This document shows, one piece after another, positions 18,856 to 29,519 of a stretch of 64,000 bases of DNA; within the stretch, counting starts at the first letter, position 1, and every line of letters begins with the position of its first letter. Under the pieces are notes generated by a model. It saw nothing but the letters and a program-made list of their open reading frames with translations. It did no database searches and was not told the DNA's origin. Position numbers and translations under genes: made by a program. Origin of the DNA: an uncultured bacterium (GTDB lineage: Bacteria > Armatimonadota > JACIXR01); contig CAYVMD010000001.1 in NCBI GenBank assembly GCA_964452465.1, positions 18,604-82,603 of the forward strand, in the 5' to 3' direction.

Positions 18856-20388
18856 TTACTTGGCGTATTCTATTGCCCTCTTCTCTCTGATGACCACTAC
18901 CTTGATCTGCCCTGGGAACTCCATCTCCTCCTCTATGCGCTTTGCTATATTCCTAGCCAGAACCGCAGATTGAACATCGTCCACCTCCTCCGGATTGACC
19001 ATAACGCGCACTTCCCTCCCTGCTTGGATAGCGTAGGAACGCTCTATGCCCGGGAAGGAAGAGACGATTTTCTCCAGTTGCTCCAGGCGTTTTATGTAGG
19101 CTTCCAGCGTCTCTCTTCTTGCTCCGGGACGAGCGGCAGATAAGGCATCCGCAGCCTGCACCAAAGCGGACTCTATGAATCGGATCTCCTCTTCGCCATG
19201 ATGGGATAGGATGGCGTTGATAACCTCTTCCCTCTCCCCCAATCTCCTGGCTATCTTGGCACCCACCTGGGTGTGAGGACCTTCCTCGTCTACCGCTTTC
19301 CCAATATCGTGGAGGAGCCCTGCTCTCCGAGCGAGGTTTGCATTAACCCCTAATTCCTCCGCCATATGTCCCGCTATGAGTGCCACTTCCACGGAATGAG
19401 CGAGGACATTTTGCCCATATGATGTTCGGTATTTCAATCTCCCTAACAGCCTCACCATCTCGGGATGTAGCCCCATTACCTTTGCCTTTTCCATCGCCTC
19501 TTCTCCCGCCCTCACTATCTCGTCCTCTACCTCTCTCCTTGCCTTCTCCACCATTTCTTCTATCCTCCCCGGGTGAATCCTCCCATCAGCGATGAGCTTT
19601 TGCAAGGCGATACGAGCTATCTCCCTTCTCACCGGATCGAAGGAGGAAAGCACAACGACCTCGGGGGTATCATCTATGAGGAGGTCAACGCCCGTAAGGC
19701 TCTCAAAGGCTCGGATATTGCGCCCTTCCCTTCCAATTATCTTCCCTTTTACATCGTCGCTGGGAAGGTTTACAACGGTAACGGTGATCTCCTGTGCCAT
19801 ATCCACGGCGCATTTTTGGATGGCGGTGGCGATTATTTCCCTTGCCCTCTTCTCCGCTTCCTCTCGAGCCCTTTTCTCTTCCTCTGCTATCATCTGGTTC
19901 ATCTCGGCGGTGAGGGTTTGCCTCACCTCCTCCAAAATGATCTTCCTTGCCTCTTCCTGTGAGAGAGAGGCGATGCGTTCTAATTCCTTCCTTTGTTGGG
20001 CGACCAATTGCTCAATTTCCCTCTCCCTATCTTCGAGCACCTTTTCCCTTAGGGTGATTTGCTTCTCCCTTTTTTCGAGGTTTTGAACTCGCCTCTCCAA
20101 ACGCTCCTGTTCCTGAAGGAGGCGATTCTCCCTCTTCAAAAGTTCCCTCTTTTGGTTGTTAAAACTTTGCTCTAATTCGGCGCGAAGTTTCTGGGCTTCT
20201 TCCTTTGCCTCTAAAAGTGCTTCCTTCTTTACCGTCTCCGCCTTCTTCTTCGCTTCCTCCAGGAGTTTTTCTGCTTCTTGCTTTGTTAACTTTGCCTTCT
20301 TAATGGTTCTATCATAAGCGAGATAAAAACCAAGGAAGGCAAGAAACCACAAGCCGAGGCTTATTAAAAAATATGTCAATTCTAACAC
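18856..20388 (-). CDS. rny: Ribonuclease Y
   Basis: N-terminal TM, long coiled-coil, KH domain ([15 protein letters not shown]) and HD domain ([13 protein letters not shown]...HDIGK). 510 aa. Confidence 0.92.
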   Translation of the reverse strand: MLELTYFLISLGLWFLAFLGFYLAYDRTIKKAKLTKQEAEKLLEEAKKKAETVKKEALLEAKEEAQKLRAELEQSFNNQKRELLKRENRLLQEQERLERRVQNLEKREKQITLREKVLEDREREIEQLVAQQRKELERIASLSQEEARKIILEEVRQTLTAEMNQMIAEEEKRAREEAEKRAREIIATAIQKCAVDMAQEITVTVVNLPSDDVKGKIIGREGRNIRAFESLTGVDLLIDDTPEVVVLSSFDPVRREIARIALQKLIADGRIHPGRIEEMVEKARREVEDEIVRAGEEAMEKAKVMGLHPEMVRLLGRLKYRTSYGQNVLAHSVEVALIAGHMAEELGVNANLARRAGLLHDIGKAVDEEGPHTQVGAKIARRLGEREEVINAILSHHGEEEIRFIESALVQAADALSAARPGARRETLEAYIKRLEQLEKIVSSFPGIERSYAIQAGREVRVMVNPEEVDDVQSAVLARNIAKRIEEEMEFPGQIKVVVIREKRAIEYAK

Positions 20389-20398
20389 CTCCCTTTTT

Positions 20399-20818
20399 TT
20401 AAGGGGAGGAAAAGAGAACCCTCAGGATGTCCTCGATGATCTCCCAGGAAAAGCCCCTTCGTTGAAGAAAGGACGCTATCTTCGCTCTTCGCTTGGGGTC
20501 AGGAGGAAGAAGCCGAAGGCGTTTCTCCGCCAATTTCAAAGCGGTCTCAAACTCCTCCTCACGGGTTAAATCCCTTATCGCCTCCTCTGCTATCTCCCTT
20601 TTGATTCCCTTTTGGAGCAACTCTTGCAGGAGACGCTCGGCGCCGAAACGCCCCTTTCTCTCCTCCACCCAGCGTCGGGCGAAGTTCCTATCATCCAATA
20701 AACCCTCTTCCTTCAGCCAGAGGATTGCCTCCTCGGCTGTTTTCTCATCTATGCCTTTATTCTTTAATTTTTCCCTAACTTCCTTTTCCGTCCTATCCCG
20801 GAAGGAAAGGAAGCGCAA
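20399..20818 (-). CDS. recX: Regulatory protein RecX
   Basis: ~139 aa with three helical-repeat RecX patterns ([15 protein letters not shown]...[15 protein letters not shown]...). Co-directional with, and immediately upstream of, rny. Confidence 0.75.
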   Translation of the reverse strand: MRFLSFRDRTEKEVREKLKNKGIDEKTAEEAILWLKEEGLLDDRNFARRWVEERKGRFGAERLLQELLQKGIKREIAEEAIRDLTREEEFETALKLAEKRLRLLPPDPKRRAKIASFLQRRGFSWEIIEDILRVLFSSP

Positions 20819-20994
20819 TAAAATTTCCTTCGCCTTCAGGAGCTGCGTTCCTGGTGCCTCCTTTCAACTGCGGACAAAACAAAAGGAGGAAGTTCTCTAT
20901 TCCTTTCCCCTTTTTTAATAAATTATACCAAAAATTCGAGGAATGGACAATAGACTTCCTGCCCTATAGCGAAGAACTCCTACCTTTCCCTTTA

Positions 20995-23865
20995 CTATGG
21001 AGATTCTTTGAGGGAAAGGTATAGGTTAGCCAACTCGTCTGGGCGCACAAAAACGAAGCCCTTTTTCTCCAACTTCTTCTTTATATCCACTAACATGCCC
21101 ATATCATAGCCCCAATTCCAGATGAAGATGTTGACGAAGCAAGGGGGTTTATGTCCCTTCACCGTATTAAGCACTTGATCCACGATGAAATCTATCGCTT
21201 CCTCCCTCGAGGCGCCCTCCTTCCAGTTGGTGAGGGCGTGGAAGACGGGGACGCCATCGATCCTGTAATTCGCCTTCTCATAGGTCATATCGCCTCTGCG
21301 GGAGTAGTCGGGGAAGAGGGGAACCTTCAGGGTGAGAGCGTATTTTTTGATCAATTCGGGTTTGGTCAAACCCATCGTCCAAACCCCTTGGAGCCCCAAC
21401 TTTTGAATGTATGCCTTAGTGAGGGAGAGAAAATCGGAAAGCACTGCGTCGGGGTTCCGGTAGCGGGAGGCATATTCATCCGGGTACATATAGCCTATGC
21501 CAGAGACGGCGCAGAGGAAGGCGTCCAAGGGAGAGGCATTTTCGAGATAATAGAGCAAGATGCCCGGGATGAACTCGCTGGCAGTGGGACCGAGCGTCCA
21601 GCCTAAGGGCAGTGTGCCTCTCTCTTTCCTATCCCAACCCGGTGGCTGGAATCCTCCCCACCAGCAGGTAATATTATCGCCATCGGAGATGACGAAGGTA
21701 GCGTAGTTCTTCTGGGGGTCCAATTTCAACTTACGAGGAGGTTGAGGGTGGGGGAAGGAGGGGACCTTTATCCCGCTATGGAAGGATATGTTGGTGAAGG
21801 TGCTGGCAACGGTGAACTTTGCAAATTGAGAACCGAGGGAGACTCCCGGACCTTCCTGTATGCCTACTCCCTCTCCTGCCCAGGGGAAGCCGAGAACGGG
21901 GATGTTCACCGGCAGGCGAGCGTAAGCTTCCTCTATCACCCGCTTTTCCCGCCCAGGGTCGCAATCGGCACGGGTGCCATCCACCCAACCGGTTATCCAG
22001 AAGCAAAATACCCGGAAGGCGACTATATAATCCCAAACATTAGTTGCCAGGGGATAGAGAAAGGCGACCACCCGCTTATCCATCTTGGGAAGGAGGTTCT
22101 CCACTGCCCATTCATACGCCTCATAGGTCTTCTTCCATCTCCCTCTCAGGTCTTCCCTCACCGGGATGCCGAGCTTCTCCGCCGTCGTCTCATCGCAGAC
22201 GATCAAGTCCTCGAGAGACGCAAGCATCATCGCTATATGAATCCCCGAATAGAGTTCCTTATCGTAGATGACGCTCCCCTTGTACACATCCTTGAAGATC
22301 CGGAAGGCTTCCCAAGGGTCTTCCAAATTTATCGCTTTCTTGATCAATCCTCGCCTTTGGTACCAGTCCAGCCAAAACTTGTCCCTGTCATTGAGGATGA
22401 GATAAAGACGGGGTTTCTCCCTGTTCGCTAATCCTTCTAAGGAGAGAAAGGCAAACTGCTGTTCCAAGGGAAGGTGGACGATGGAAGCTACATATACCTC
22501 ATCGGGAGGGAACTTTGGCTTAGGCACGAATTCCTTCTCCCTCAGCCCGGGGGCGAGGTAGATGGGCTGGAGGGATTGAAGGGGCTTTGGTATCCGGATA
22601 CTGGCTTTATTCCTCTCCAATATGCGAGAGAAATCCTCTTCGCTTATAACTCCCTTTTCTCGTAGGATAAAGGCGGAGCCAGCGGTTATTATTGCTTGGG
22701 CGAGGATAGGAGATAGCTCATCGAAGGGAGAGAAAAGATGGGTGCCCGCCCACATGTCGATAGCTCCTTTAAATTGCGGACAGTTGTGATGAATGAATGC
22801 GGAAACATACCCCTCTAACTTTCCGTTCCTGTAAAGGGCAATGACGCCCTGCACCTTATCCTCGGGAGGAAGGCTTTTTTCATCGAGCAACTGATACCAC
22901 CCCTCCCGCTTTTCCAAGGGCAGAAAATCGAGCCCTAATCCGCTTTCCGCAATATAGCGAAGTCGGAACCGCCCCTCTCGAAGGGGTTCGCGAAAGGCAC
23001 CCGTCCCCACTGCCTGATGGGAGAAATAATCTATATGTCCCAGATCGACGAATATGTTTCCCGGCTCCTCCAGGGAGGGATTGGGAATGAGGTTCTCACC
23101 GCCCCCGTTCCTTACTAATTGAAAATCGTCAAAGATCACCACGCTTCCTTCTTCTCTTAATTGAGGGGATACATCCACGAAGGTTGTGCCCGGTGGCGCA
23201 GTCACGGTTTTAGTGATAAAGGTCCATTCCCTTGCTTCCTTGGGGATAGCGGGACCGTCCTGGGAGATAAAGCGGGTGGGGGAGAAGAACCTCACGAAGA
23301 GTCGATCCTCGCCTCCTGCCTTTTCGTTCGATTTCACCCAAGCGGAGACGGTGAAGGTATCCCCTGGTTTCGCTTCTATCCTATCCGACCAAATCCCTAT
23401 CCAATCCCCGCCCCTTTTCTCGATCCTTATTGCTACTTTACCGGTTCTCCCCGGCTCAACCACTCTCACTCTATTATCCCTTTGCACCGGGACATTGGCT
23501 CCCCAATGGGCGGGGAAGGGGAGGCAGGGATGGCAGAAGGGAACGCCCGTGGAGATGATAGAACCTCCCTCCCTGCGGAAGCGGAGGATGTCCTCCAATG
23601 CGGTGAGGGGGAAGGAGTTACCATAAATATGGATGAGGATGGAATACCTCTGGGCGTTGAAGCGCTCCGGATCGCTTAAATCCTGGAGGTTAACGAGATC
23701 GACCTTTAAGCCTGCTTCCCTCAGGAAATCCGCTAAAGAAGAAGGGGTAATTCCCCACGATGTCAGGTAGTAGGGAAAGCCAGGTTGGTAAAATACCGCT
23801 ATCCTTTCCCCTTTAGCAAAGAGGAAAGGGGAAATAAAGACGAGCAGAGGGAAGAATCTTTTCAT
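20995..23865 (-). CDS. Secreted GxGYxYP-family putative glycoside hydrolase with a carbohydrate-binding-like beta-sandwich domain
   Basis: Signal peptide. Motif SGIGYMYP matches GxGYxYP. CBM4/9-like segment (WIGIWSDRIEAKPGDTFTVSAWVKSN...). 956 aa. Confidence 0.6.
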   Translation of the reverse strand: MKRFFPLLVFISPFLFAKGERIAVFYQPGFPYYLTSWGITPSSLADFLREAGLKVDLVNLQDLSDPERFNAQRYSILIHIYGNSFPLTALEDILRFRREGGSIISTGVPFCHPCLPFPAHWGANVPVQRDNRVRVVEPGRTGKVAIRIEKRGGDWIGIWSDRIEAKPGDTFTVSAWVKSNEKAGGEDRLFVRFFSPTRFISQDGPAIPKEAREWTFITKTVTAPPGTTFVDVSPQLREEGSVVIFDDFQLVRNGGGENLIPNPSLEEPGNIFVDLGHIDYFSHQAVGTGAFREPLREGRFRLRYIAESGLGLDFLPLEKREGWYQLLDEKSLPPEDKVQGVIALYRNGKLEGYVSAFIHHNCPQFKGAIDMWAGTHLFSPFDELSPILAQAIITAGSAFILREKGVISEEDFSRILERNKASIRIPKPLQSLQPIYLAPGLREKEFVPKPKFPPDEVYVASIVHLPLEQQFAFLSLEGLANREKPRLYLILNDRDKFWLDWYQRRGLIKKAINLEDPWEAFRIFKDVYKGSVIYDKELYSGIHIAMMLASLEDLIVCDETTAEKLGIPVREDLRGRWKKTYEAYEWAVENLLPKMDKRVVAFLYPLATNVWDYIVAFRVFCFWITGWVDGTRADCDPGREKRVIEEAYARLPVNIPVLGFPWAGEGVGIQEGPGVSLGSQFAKFTVASTFTNISFHSGIKVPSFPHPQPPRKLKLDPQKNYATFVISDGDNITCWWGGFQPPGWDRKERGTLPLGWTLGPTASEFIPGILLYYLENASPLDAFLCAVSGIGYMYPDEYASRYRNPDAVLSDFLSLTKAYIQKLGLQGVWTMGLTKPELIKKYALTLKVPLFPDYSRRGDMTYEKANYRIDGVPVFHALTNWKEGASREEAIDFIVDQVLNTVKGHKPPCFVNIFIWNWGYDMGMLVDIKKKLEKKGFVFVRPDELANLYLSLKESP

Positions 23866-23892
23866 TACTAAACGCCTCCTCGCATAGACCTT

Positions 23893-24867
23893 TTAACACA
23901 TTATCCATTCGCTTGCCATGCTCTGTAGCAATTCCCTTAGGGCTGACCCAAGCCCTTCTCGAGGGGGGCACTCCATCACCAGAATTTGAACATCCCTCAT
24001 CCTATCCAAGACGGAGAAGAAGTTACGGGCTATCACCTTCACATCAGGGGTTTTCCAGATCCTTCTTCTTACCCAAAAAGGTAGTTCCCCCACTGCATCC
24101 TCCGTTCCCACAACACCTATCCTTTGGCTTCTCATTCTTTCGAGGATTTCCTTAATTTTTCTCCTTTTTGCCTCTGGATCCTCTCCTTCTACCACTATCA
24201 ACTGGAAGGGCAATTCCCTCCTTGCTCTCCTGTCCACCAACTTGACCTCTCTCCCTATCGTTGTTTCTATCTCTTCCTTTGTTATTGCGCCAAGGCGGAG
24301 GATAGTCGGTTCCCCTATCAGGGAAAGCACGGTGGACTCTACCCCCAAGGGGGTTCTTCCTCCATCTATTATGCAGTCTATCCTGCCTCCCAATTGCCTC
24401 TCCACCATCTTCGCGTCCGTGGGGCTTATTGCTCCTGAGATATTGGCGGAGGGTGCTACTAACGGCCCCGCTTGCTCGATCAAGGCAAGGGCTATGGGGT
24501 GATTGGGGCATCTCACCCCTACCCCTTCCTCCCTTGTTATCCAAGGAGGAATGTTTTCCTTCTTTGGTAGCACCAAGGTGAGAGGACCGGGGAAGAAGGC
24601 TTCCAGGAGGGGATAAGCCAAAGGAGGTATCTCCTTCGCCACCAAGGGAATGTCTTCCCTCGAAGCGAGATGGACGGTCAAGGGTTGATAGGGCGGGCGC
24701 CCCTTAACTTCGTATAACCTCTCTACCGCTTCACCATCGAAAGCGGAAGCTCCTAAACCGTAGACGGTCTCGGTAGGAAACGCCACCAACCCACCTTGCC
24801 TTAAAAGATCAACCGCAACCCTTATCTTCTCCCTCTCAGGACGCCGGGGACTGACCTTTAATATCAT
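23893..24867 (-). CDS. tsaC: L-threonylcarbamoyladenylate synthase (Sua5/YwlC type, YrdC plus Sua5 domains)
   Basis: YrdC motifs GGLVAFPTETVYGLGA and FFPGPLTLVLPKK. C-terminal Sua5 domain. Start set at MILKV. The ORF-track N-terminal 75 aa are an over-extension. Confidence 0.85.
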   Translation of the reverse strand: MILKVSPRRPEREKIRVAVDLLRQGGLVAFPTETVYGLGASAFDGEAVERLYEVKGRPPYQPLTVHLASREDIPLVAKEIPPLAYPLLEAFFPGPLTLVLPKKENIPPWITREEGVGVRCPNHPIALALIEQAGPLVAPSANISGAISPTDAKMVERQLGGRIDCIIDGGRTPLGVESTVLSLIGEPTILRLGAITKEEIETTIGREVKLVDRRARRELPFQLIVVEGEDPEAKRRKIKEILERMRSQRIGVVGTEDAVGELPFWVRRRIWKTPDVKVIARNFFSVLDRMRDVQILVMECPPREGLGSALRELLQSMASEWIMC

Positions 24868-24881
24868 CAATTGGGGATTTC

Positions 24882-25394
24882 TTAACGCGCGAGTTCTTCC
24901 GCTACCTTCTTCTGGATCGCTGAGAGGGTGTAATGTTCCACTGAGTGGTACATGGGTGGTTCTCCATTTATCAATACGCCGGGAGCACTCACAGCTGCCC
25001 TCGCCATCTCCATCCTGCCCTCGGGGGTATCGAGATCGTAGAAGCGTAGCCCCAATGCTTGGGGGTTCTTCTGCACTATGGCTTTCAGCCATTCTAAAAC
25101 CTCTTGATGCTTTTTATCCGAGGATCTTAGGAAAGCATCCATAACCACCTTCCCGTTTACATTTCCCCAAACCGAGGTAGGGGTGAGAACGGATAGAACG
25201 CCAAGGGAGGCGGGGGTGATCACCTCTTCTTCCTTTTCTGCTCTGGGCATGAGCATGCTATGGTGGTGTTCTTCCTCTCCGGTTTCCTCTCTTCCTGCAG
25301 GTAATTTCTTCCCGCCCAGGGTCAGATTTATTATCCCCATCAAGCCGATTATCGCTAAGATCAATAAGGTCGAGGTGAAAGCATCCCTTTTCAT
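24882..25394 (-). CDS. Membrane-anchored hypothetical protein with a Cys-less thioredoxin-like fold
   Basis: N-terminal TM, HHH stretch and ...APGVLINGEP resembling a Trx/Grx fold without CxxC. Function unknown. Confidence 0.45.
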   Translation of the reverse strand: MKRDAFTSTLLILAIIGLMGIINLTLGGKKLPAGREETGEEEHHHSMLMPRAEKEEEVITPASLGVLSVLTPTSVWGNVNGKVVMDAFLRSSDKKHQEVLEWLKAIVQKNPQALGLRFYDLDTPEGRMEMARAAVSAPGVLINGEPPMYHSVEHYTLSAIQKKVAEELAR

Positions 25395-25486
25395 AAGATT
25401 CCTCCTTTTTAAAGAATTATAATTCTCCTTCTCGAAATGATCAAGAAAGATTTGACTTCAATGCTCTGAGGGTTATTGTTAAAAAA

Positions 25487-27502
25487 GTGATGTCTTGGAG
25501 GTGCTTTTCTTCGCTCTGGTTCCTTTTTACAACCTTACTGGTTTTATCCTTGCCCCCGGAAGTTGGGGCACAGAGCCCCACGGAGGAGCAAGGCGAGGGA
25601 AAGATAATAAATTTGAAGAAAGTTGCCTCTCCTCCTCGCCTGGATGCCGTATTTGACGATGAATGTTGGCAAGAGGTGAAGTGGTGGAGTAATTTCCTGC
25701 AATCCGACCCCGTAAGGAGGGCTCCCCCCTCCGAGAAGACGGAATTCGCAGTAGTGCAATGTGGAAGGGATCTTTATTTCGCCTTCAAATGCTACGATAG
25801 CACGCCTTCGGAGATTTCCGCCCTCCAGAAGAGGCGAGATGGGGAGATGAGGATGGATGACAGGGTGGAGATCATGTTGGATACCTATTTGGACAGGCGG
25901 TGGACGCGTTACTATTCCTTCGTTTTCAACCCCTTGGGGACTAAGAGGGATAGCAAATGGGGTAATTTGGATTGGGATGGCGAATGGGATGTGGCAACGA
26001 GGATAACCAACGAGGGCTGGTTTGCCGAGGTCCGCATATCCCTCGTTCCCCTTGCCTTCCCTCGAAAGGGTAAAGGTTACTTCGGCATAAACATAGAGAG
26101 GAGAATAAGGAGGTTAAGGGAGGAAAACCTTTGGTCTTACTCCAAGGAGCCACCGGGCAGGGTGGATGATTTTGGTCTCCTTGGTGAGATAGATTTCGCT
26201 TCTATCCCCTTTTCCTCCCGTTTGCAAACCCTCCTCTATGGGGTGGGCGAAGCGGGCTCGAGTTTCAAGGGGCACATGGGATTGGATGCCCACAAGTTCC
26301 TTACGCCCGATATAAAGGCAGCCTTTACCTTATATCCCGACTATAGCGATGTGGAAGCGGTCTACCAGACGATAGATATCTCTTATACGGAGAGAAGCCT
26401 TCCAGACACTCGCCCCTTCTTCACGGAGGGAAGGGAATTCTTCGGCGATTTTTATTCCCGCAGGATAGACCTGTTCGATTTTGGCTTGAAGGTTTTTGGT
26501 AGGGAGGAGAAGGTGGAATTGGGACTATTGGATTGCCTTCGCTTTTCTCCCTCTCGCAACGATATAGTGCTCAATTTAAATTATTCCCCCAATAATACCT
26601 CTTCCTTAAGTTTGGGCATCAATAGCAGGGATGAGGGTTCGCATCGAAACTTGGTGACGGGAATAGGAGGGGGGCGGGAGATCAACTCTGGTTCTTGGTT
26701 GCATCTATTATATGCTTCTTCACAGACGCGTAATCCCGATACGGACGGCTCTTTCTTTGTGGGGAGCCTTTGGCACAGGTTAGGGGAAAGGGGAGGACTA
26801 AGCCTTGACTACATAAATATAAGCCCAGGCTTCAACGCCGACTTGCAGTTGGTGGGGGAAGTGGGCGTGAGGATAAGGAGCATCGGCCTTAATTATGGCG
26901 ACGCAGCTCCTCGGGGGAAGAAGTGGTGGGAAAGGTATAGGGTGTGGAGTAATTACAGAAGGGGGCATTACTGGGATGGGAGATTGAAGATAGAGGACAA
27001 AAGCGTGGGTGGCTTTATTCTGCTGAAGGGCGATAAGAGCATCTCCTTCAATAGAAGCGTCACCTTCTATGACCCATACAGGGACAATTTCACGAGCATA
27101 GGTTGCGGATTTGGCTCGGGAGAGAAATTCAATCTGGGGATAAATTATGGGGAAGGGGTGAGGACGAACCTGGATTATAAATTCGCCTCCGCTGGGCTTT
27201 CCCGCAGATTACTGGATAATCGCCTTTTCCTAAGTCTGAATTGGGAGAAGAGATGGGTAAAGACGAATGGAGAGTGGAGCATCGCTCAGCAGATCTGGGG
27301 TTCCATTTCCTATGATATAGGGAGGGATTACTGGATAGTAGTTAGGTTATACAACTACAAGGAGAGCGGTTCGCATACCAATTTCAGCGCTATCTTGACA
27401 AAGAAGGACGAAAGCAAAAAAGCCCTTTATCTTGTTTTGGGGGATCCCTTTGCCTTGGATACGACGCGGAGGGTCACCCTAAAATATGTCGTCCCCTGGT
27501 AA
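25487..27502 (+). CDS. Secreted CBM9-like domain protein with a C-terminal DUF5916-like beta-rich domain
   Basis: Signal peptide. CBM9-like N-terminal region (DDECWQEV...LYFAFKCYD...DDRVEIMLD). 671 aa. Confidence 0.55.
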   Translation: MMSWRCFSSLWFLFTTLLVLSLPPEVGAQSPTEEQGEGKIINLKKVASPPRLDAVFDDECWQEVKWWSNFLQSDPVRRAPPSEKTEFAVVQCGRDLYFAFKCYDSTPSEISALQKRRDGEMRMDDRVEIMLDTYLDRRWTRYYSFVFNPLGTKRDSKWGNLDWDGEWDVATRITNEGWFAEVRISLVPLAFPRKGKGYFGINIERRIRRLREENLWSYSKEPPGRVDDFGLLGEIDFASIPFSSRLQTLLYGVGEAGSSFKGHMGLDAHKFLTPDIKAAFTLYPDYSDVEAVYQTIDISYTERSLPDTRPFFTEGREFFGDFYSRRIDLFDFGLKVFGREEKVELGLLDCLRFSPSRNDIVLNLNYSPNNTSSLSLGINSRDEGSHRNLVTGIGGGREINSGSWLHLLYASSQTRNPDTDGSFFVGSLWHRLGERGGLSLDYINISPGFNADLQLVGEVGVRIRSIGLNYGDAAPRGKKWWERYRVWSNYRRGHYWDGRLKIEDKSVGGFILLKGDKSISFNRSVTFYDPYRDNFTSIGCGFGSGEKFNLGINYGEGVRTNLDYKFASAGLSRRLLDNRLFLSLNWEKRWVKTNGEWSIAQQIWGSISYDIGRDYWIVVRLYNYKESGSHTNFSAILTKKDESKKALYLVLGDPFALDTTRRVTLKYVVPW

Positions 27503-27509
27503 CTGCGGG

Positions 27510-28547
27510 TTAATCCTTCCTCATCCACCTTTCCACCCAATCGAAGGCTAAAGCGCCGTGGAACATGTGCCCTCCCTCGAATTCGTCCATCGCTACTTTC
27601 TCCCCCTCTCCCAATAATTCATAGCACCTCTTAACCTTTGCAAAAGCCTTGTGCGCTTCTTCTATGGGGAAGCCCTCGTCCCTAAGCCCGCTTTCGTAAA
27701 GGACGGGACGGGGAGCAATGGAACAAGCGATATCCTCCATCTCCATCCAGAGGAGGAGGTTGGGAATTGTTTGGGAGCCACAGGTGTTGCCCAGGGAGAG
27801 GGCATAGGCATAAAAGGAGTTGAGGTAGCAGGATATGACGGCGCATTTTATCCTTTCGTCTAAAGCGGACAGATAAAGGGTTAAGGTTCCTCCATAAGAA
27901 AGCCCGACACATCCTATCCTTTCTCCATTCACCTCGGGGCGTTCCTGTAGGTAATCCATACAGCGCATTAAATCATAGAGGTTCAAGGTAAGGGGATTTA
28001 AGCCCAAAAGGAGCGACTTGATGAGGATTATATCACAACCATCCTTTCCGGGGTGTTCGTAGCCCAAACTTCTCTCTCCGAAGCCTCTGGCATCGGGAGC
28101 GAGGACGACGAATCCCCGTTTAGCGAATTCCCTTGCATAGGCATAGTTAAGATGCTCAATGGTGAAACTCCTTCTCCCTTCACCGTGGGTCACACCTGCC
28201 ACATCGTCCTTCCCATGTCCATGCCCATGCTGGCAGATCAGCGCAGGGCGTCTCTCCCCTTTCTTCAAATCATTGGGGATGAAAAGATAGGCGGGCACAA
28301 CCATATCCTCCTCCGTCCTGATGAGCAACTTCTCCCTTATATAGTTCTCCTCCTCCACCTTGCCCAGGGAAATGCTTTCCAAGGGAACGGGGGAGGGGAA
28401 TTCTCCCAGGAGTTCTAAAAGTTTCGCCTTGAGTCTTTCCCTCCACTCCAAAAACTCTTCCTTTGTCGAGCCTCGAAAAGAAAGGGGGCGTTCCACTTTC
28501 CTGTATTTCCTCAACAGGTACTCCCCCATGGATGTATTGAAATCCAC
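27510..28547 (-). CDS. Alpha/beta hydrolase (acetyl xylan esterase / dienelactone hydrolase-like)
   Basis: GLSYGG nucleophile elbow (GxSxG) and HGHGHG oxyanion region. AXE1-like length. Confidence 0.7.
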   Translation of the reverse strand: MDFNTSMGEYLLRKYRKVERPLSFRGSTKEEFLEWRERLKAKLLELLGEFPSPVPLESISLGKVEEENYIREKLLIRTEEDMVVPAYLFIPNDLKKGERRPALICQHGHGHGKDDVAGVTHGEGRRSFTIEHLNYAYAREFAKRGFVVLAPDARGFGERSLGYEHPGKDGCDIILIKSLLLGLNPLTLNLYDLMRCMDYLQERPEVNGERIGCVGLSYGGTLTLYLSALDERIKCAVISCYLNSFYAYALSLGNTCGSQTIPNLLLWMEMEDIACSIAPRPVLYESGLRDEGFPIEEAHKAFAKVKRCYELLGEGEKVAMDEFEGGHMFHGALAFDWVERWMRKD

Positions 28548-28562
28548 GCTTCCACCTCTTTT

Positions 28563-29519
28563 TTAAGGGATAAACAAGGTGAGGATCGCCTTTTGGATGT
28601 GGAGGCGATTCTCCGCTTGGTCGAATACTATCGAGTGTTCTCCATCGATAACCTCATCCGTCAATTCCTCACCCCTCCTGGCAGGGAGGCAGTGCATCAC
28701 CACTGCCTTTTCCTTCGCCAATTTCAAAAGCGAGGAATTTACCTGAAACCTCTGGAAATCCTTCTTCCTCCTATCCGTTTCTTCCTCTTGCCCCATGCTA
28801 ACCCATACATCGGTGTAGATCACATCCGCATCCTTCGCTCCTTCCTCTGGGCTATGCACTACTTCCAATTTTGCGCCCGTGGCGCTACTCTCCTTGGAAG
28901 CTACCGCCCAGATCTCCGCCGGCAATTCATAGCCGACAGGACAACTATGCACAAAGTGAACCCCTAATTTGGCGGAGAGTAGGGCTAAAGAAGCGCAAAC
29001 ATTGTTTCCATCACCTATGAAGGCGAATTTTAAAGTGTTCGATAAAAGAGCCCTTTCCCAGATGGTGAAGAAATCGCCCAGGGCTTGGCAGGGGTGTTCC
29101 CTATCCGAAAGGGCGTTTATAACCGGTATCCTGGCAGATTTCGCTAACTCCTCCAGGGTTTCCTGATGGAAGACCCTTGCCACAATTCCGTCAACATAGC
29201 GCTCCAGGGTCCTCGCGGTGTCTCCTATCGTTTCCCCCCGCCCGAGCTGCAGTTCCTGGCGGGAGAGGAATAGGGGGTATCCTCCCAATTCATACATCCC
29301 TACCTCAAAGGAGACACGAGTCCTCGTGGAAGGCTTCTCGAAGATCATCGCCAATTTTCGCCCCGGAAGAAGGTGGTGCTTCTCTCCCTTTCGCCTTGTC
29401 TCCTTCAGGAAATACGCTACCTGAAAGAGTATCTCTATCTCCTCCCGGGCTAAATCCCTTATGGACAAAAGATCGCGTCCTTCAAATCGTTCCTTGATCT
29501 TAGATATCTCTGCTAACAT
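28563..29519 (-). CDS. argF: Ornithine carbamoyltransferase
   Basis: STRTRVSFE carbamoyl-phosphate motif. DxxSMG-like VWVSMGQ. HCLP motif. Adjacent to argD. Confidence 0.9.
   Translation of the reverse strand: MLAEISKIKERFEGRDLLSIRDLAREEIEILFQVAYFLKETRRKGEKHHLLPGRKLAMIFEKPSTRTRVSFEVGMYELGGYPLFLSRQELQLGRGETIGDTARTLERYVDGIVARVFHQETLEELAKSARIPVINALSDREHPCQALGDFFTIWERALLSNTLKFAFIGDGNNVCASLALLSAKLGVHFVHSCPVGYELPAEIWAVASKESSATGAKLEVVHSPEEGAKDADVIYTDVWVSMGQEEETDRRKKDFQRFQVNSSLLKLAKEKAVVMHCLPARRGEELTDEVIDGEHSIVFDQAENRLHIQKAILTLFIP

Noticed and set aside
24868-25092. The N-terminal 75-aa extension of the tsaC ORF (399 aa in the ORF track)
   Set aside because: The YrdC domain begins at MILKV. The extension is low-complexity and would overlap the upstream gene. 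The same reasoning trims queA (31729-31791), the 38800 gene (40036-40077), the BNR gene (45899-45994) and the 47444 start.
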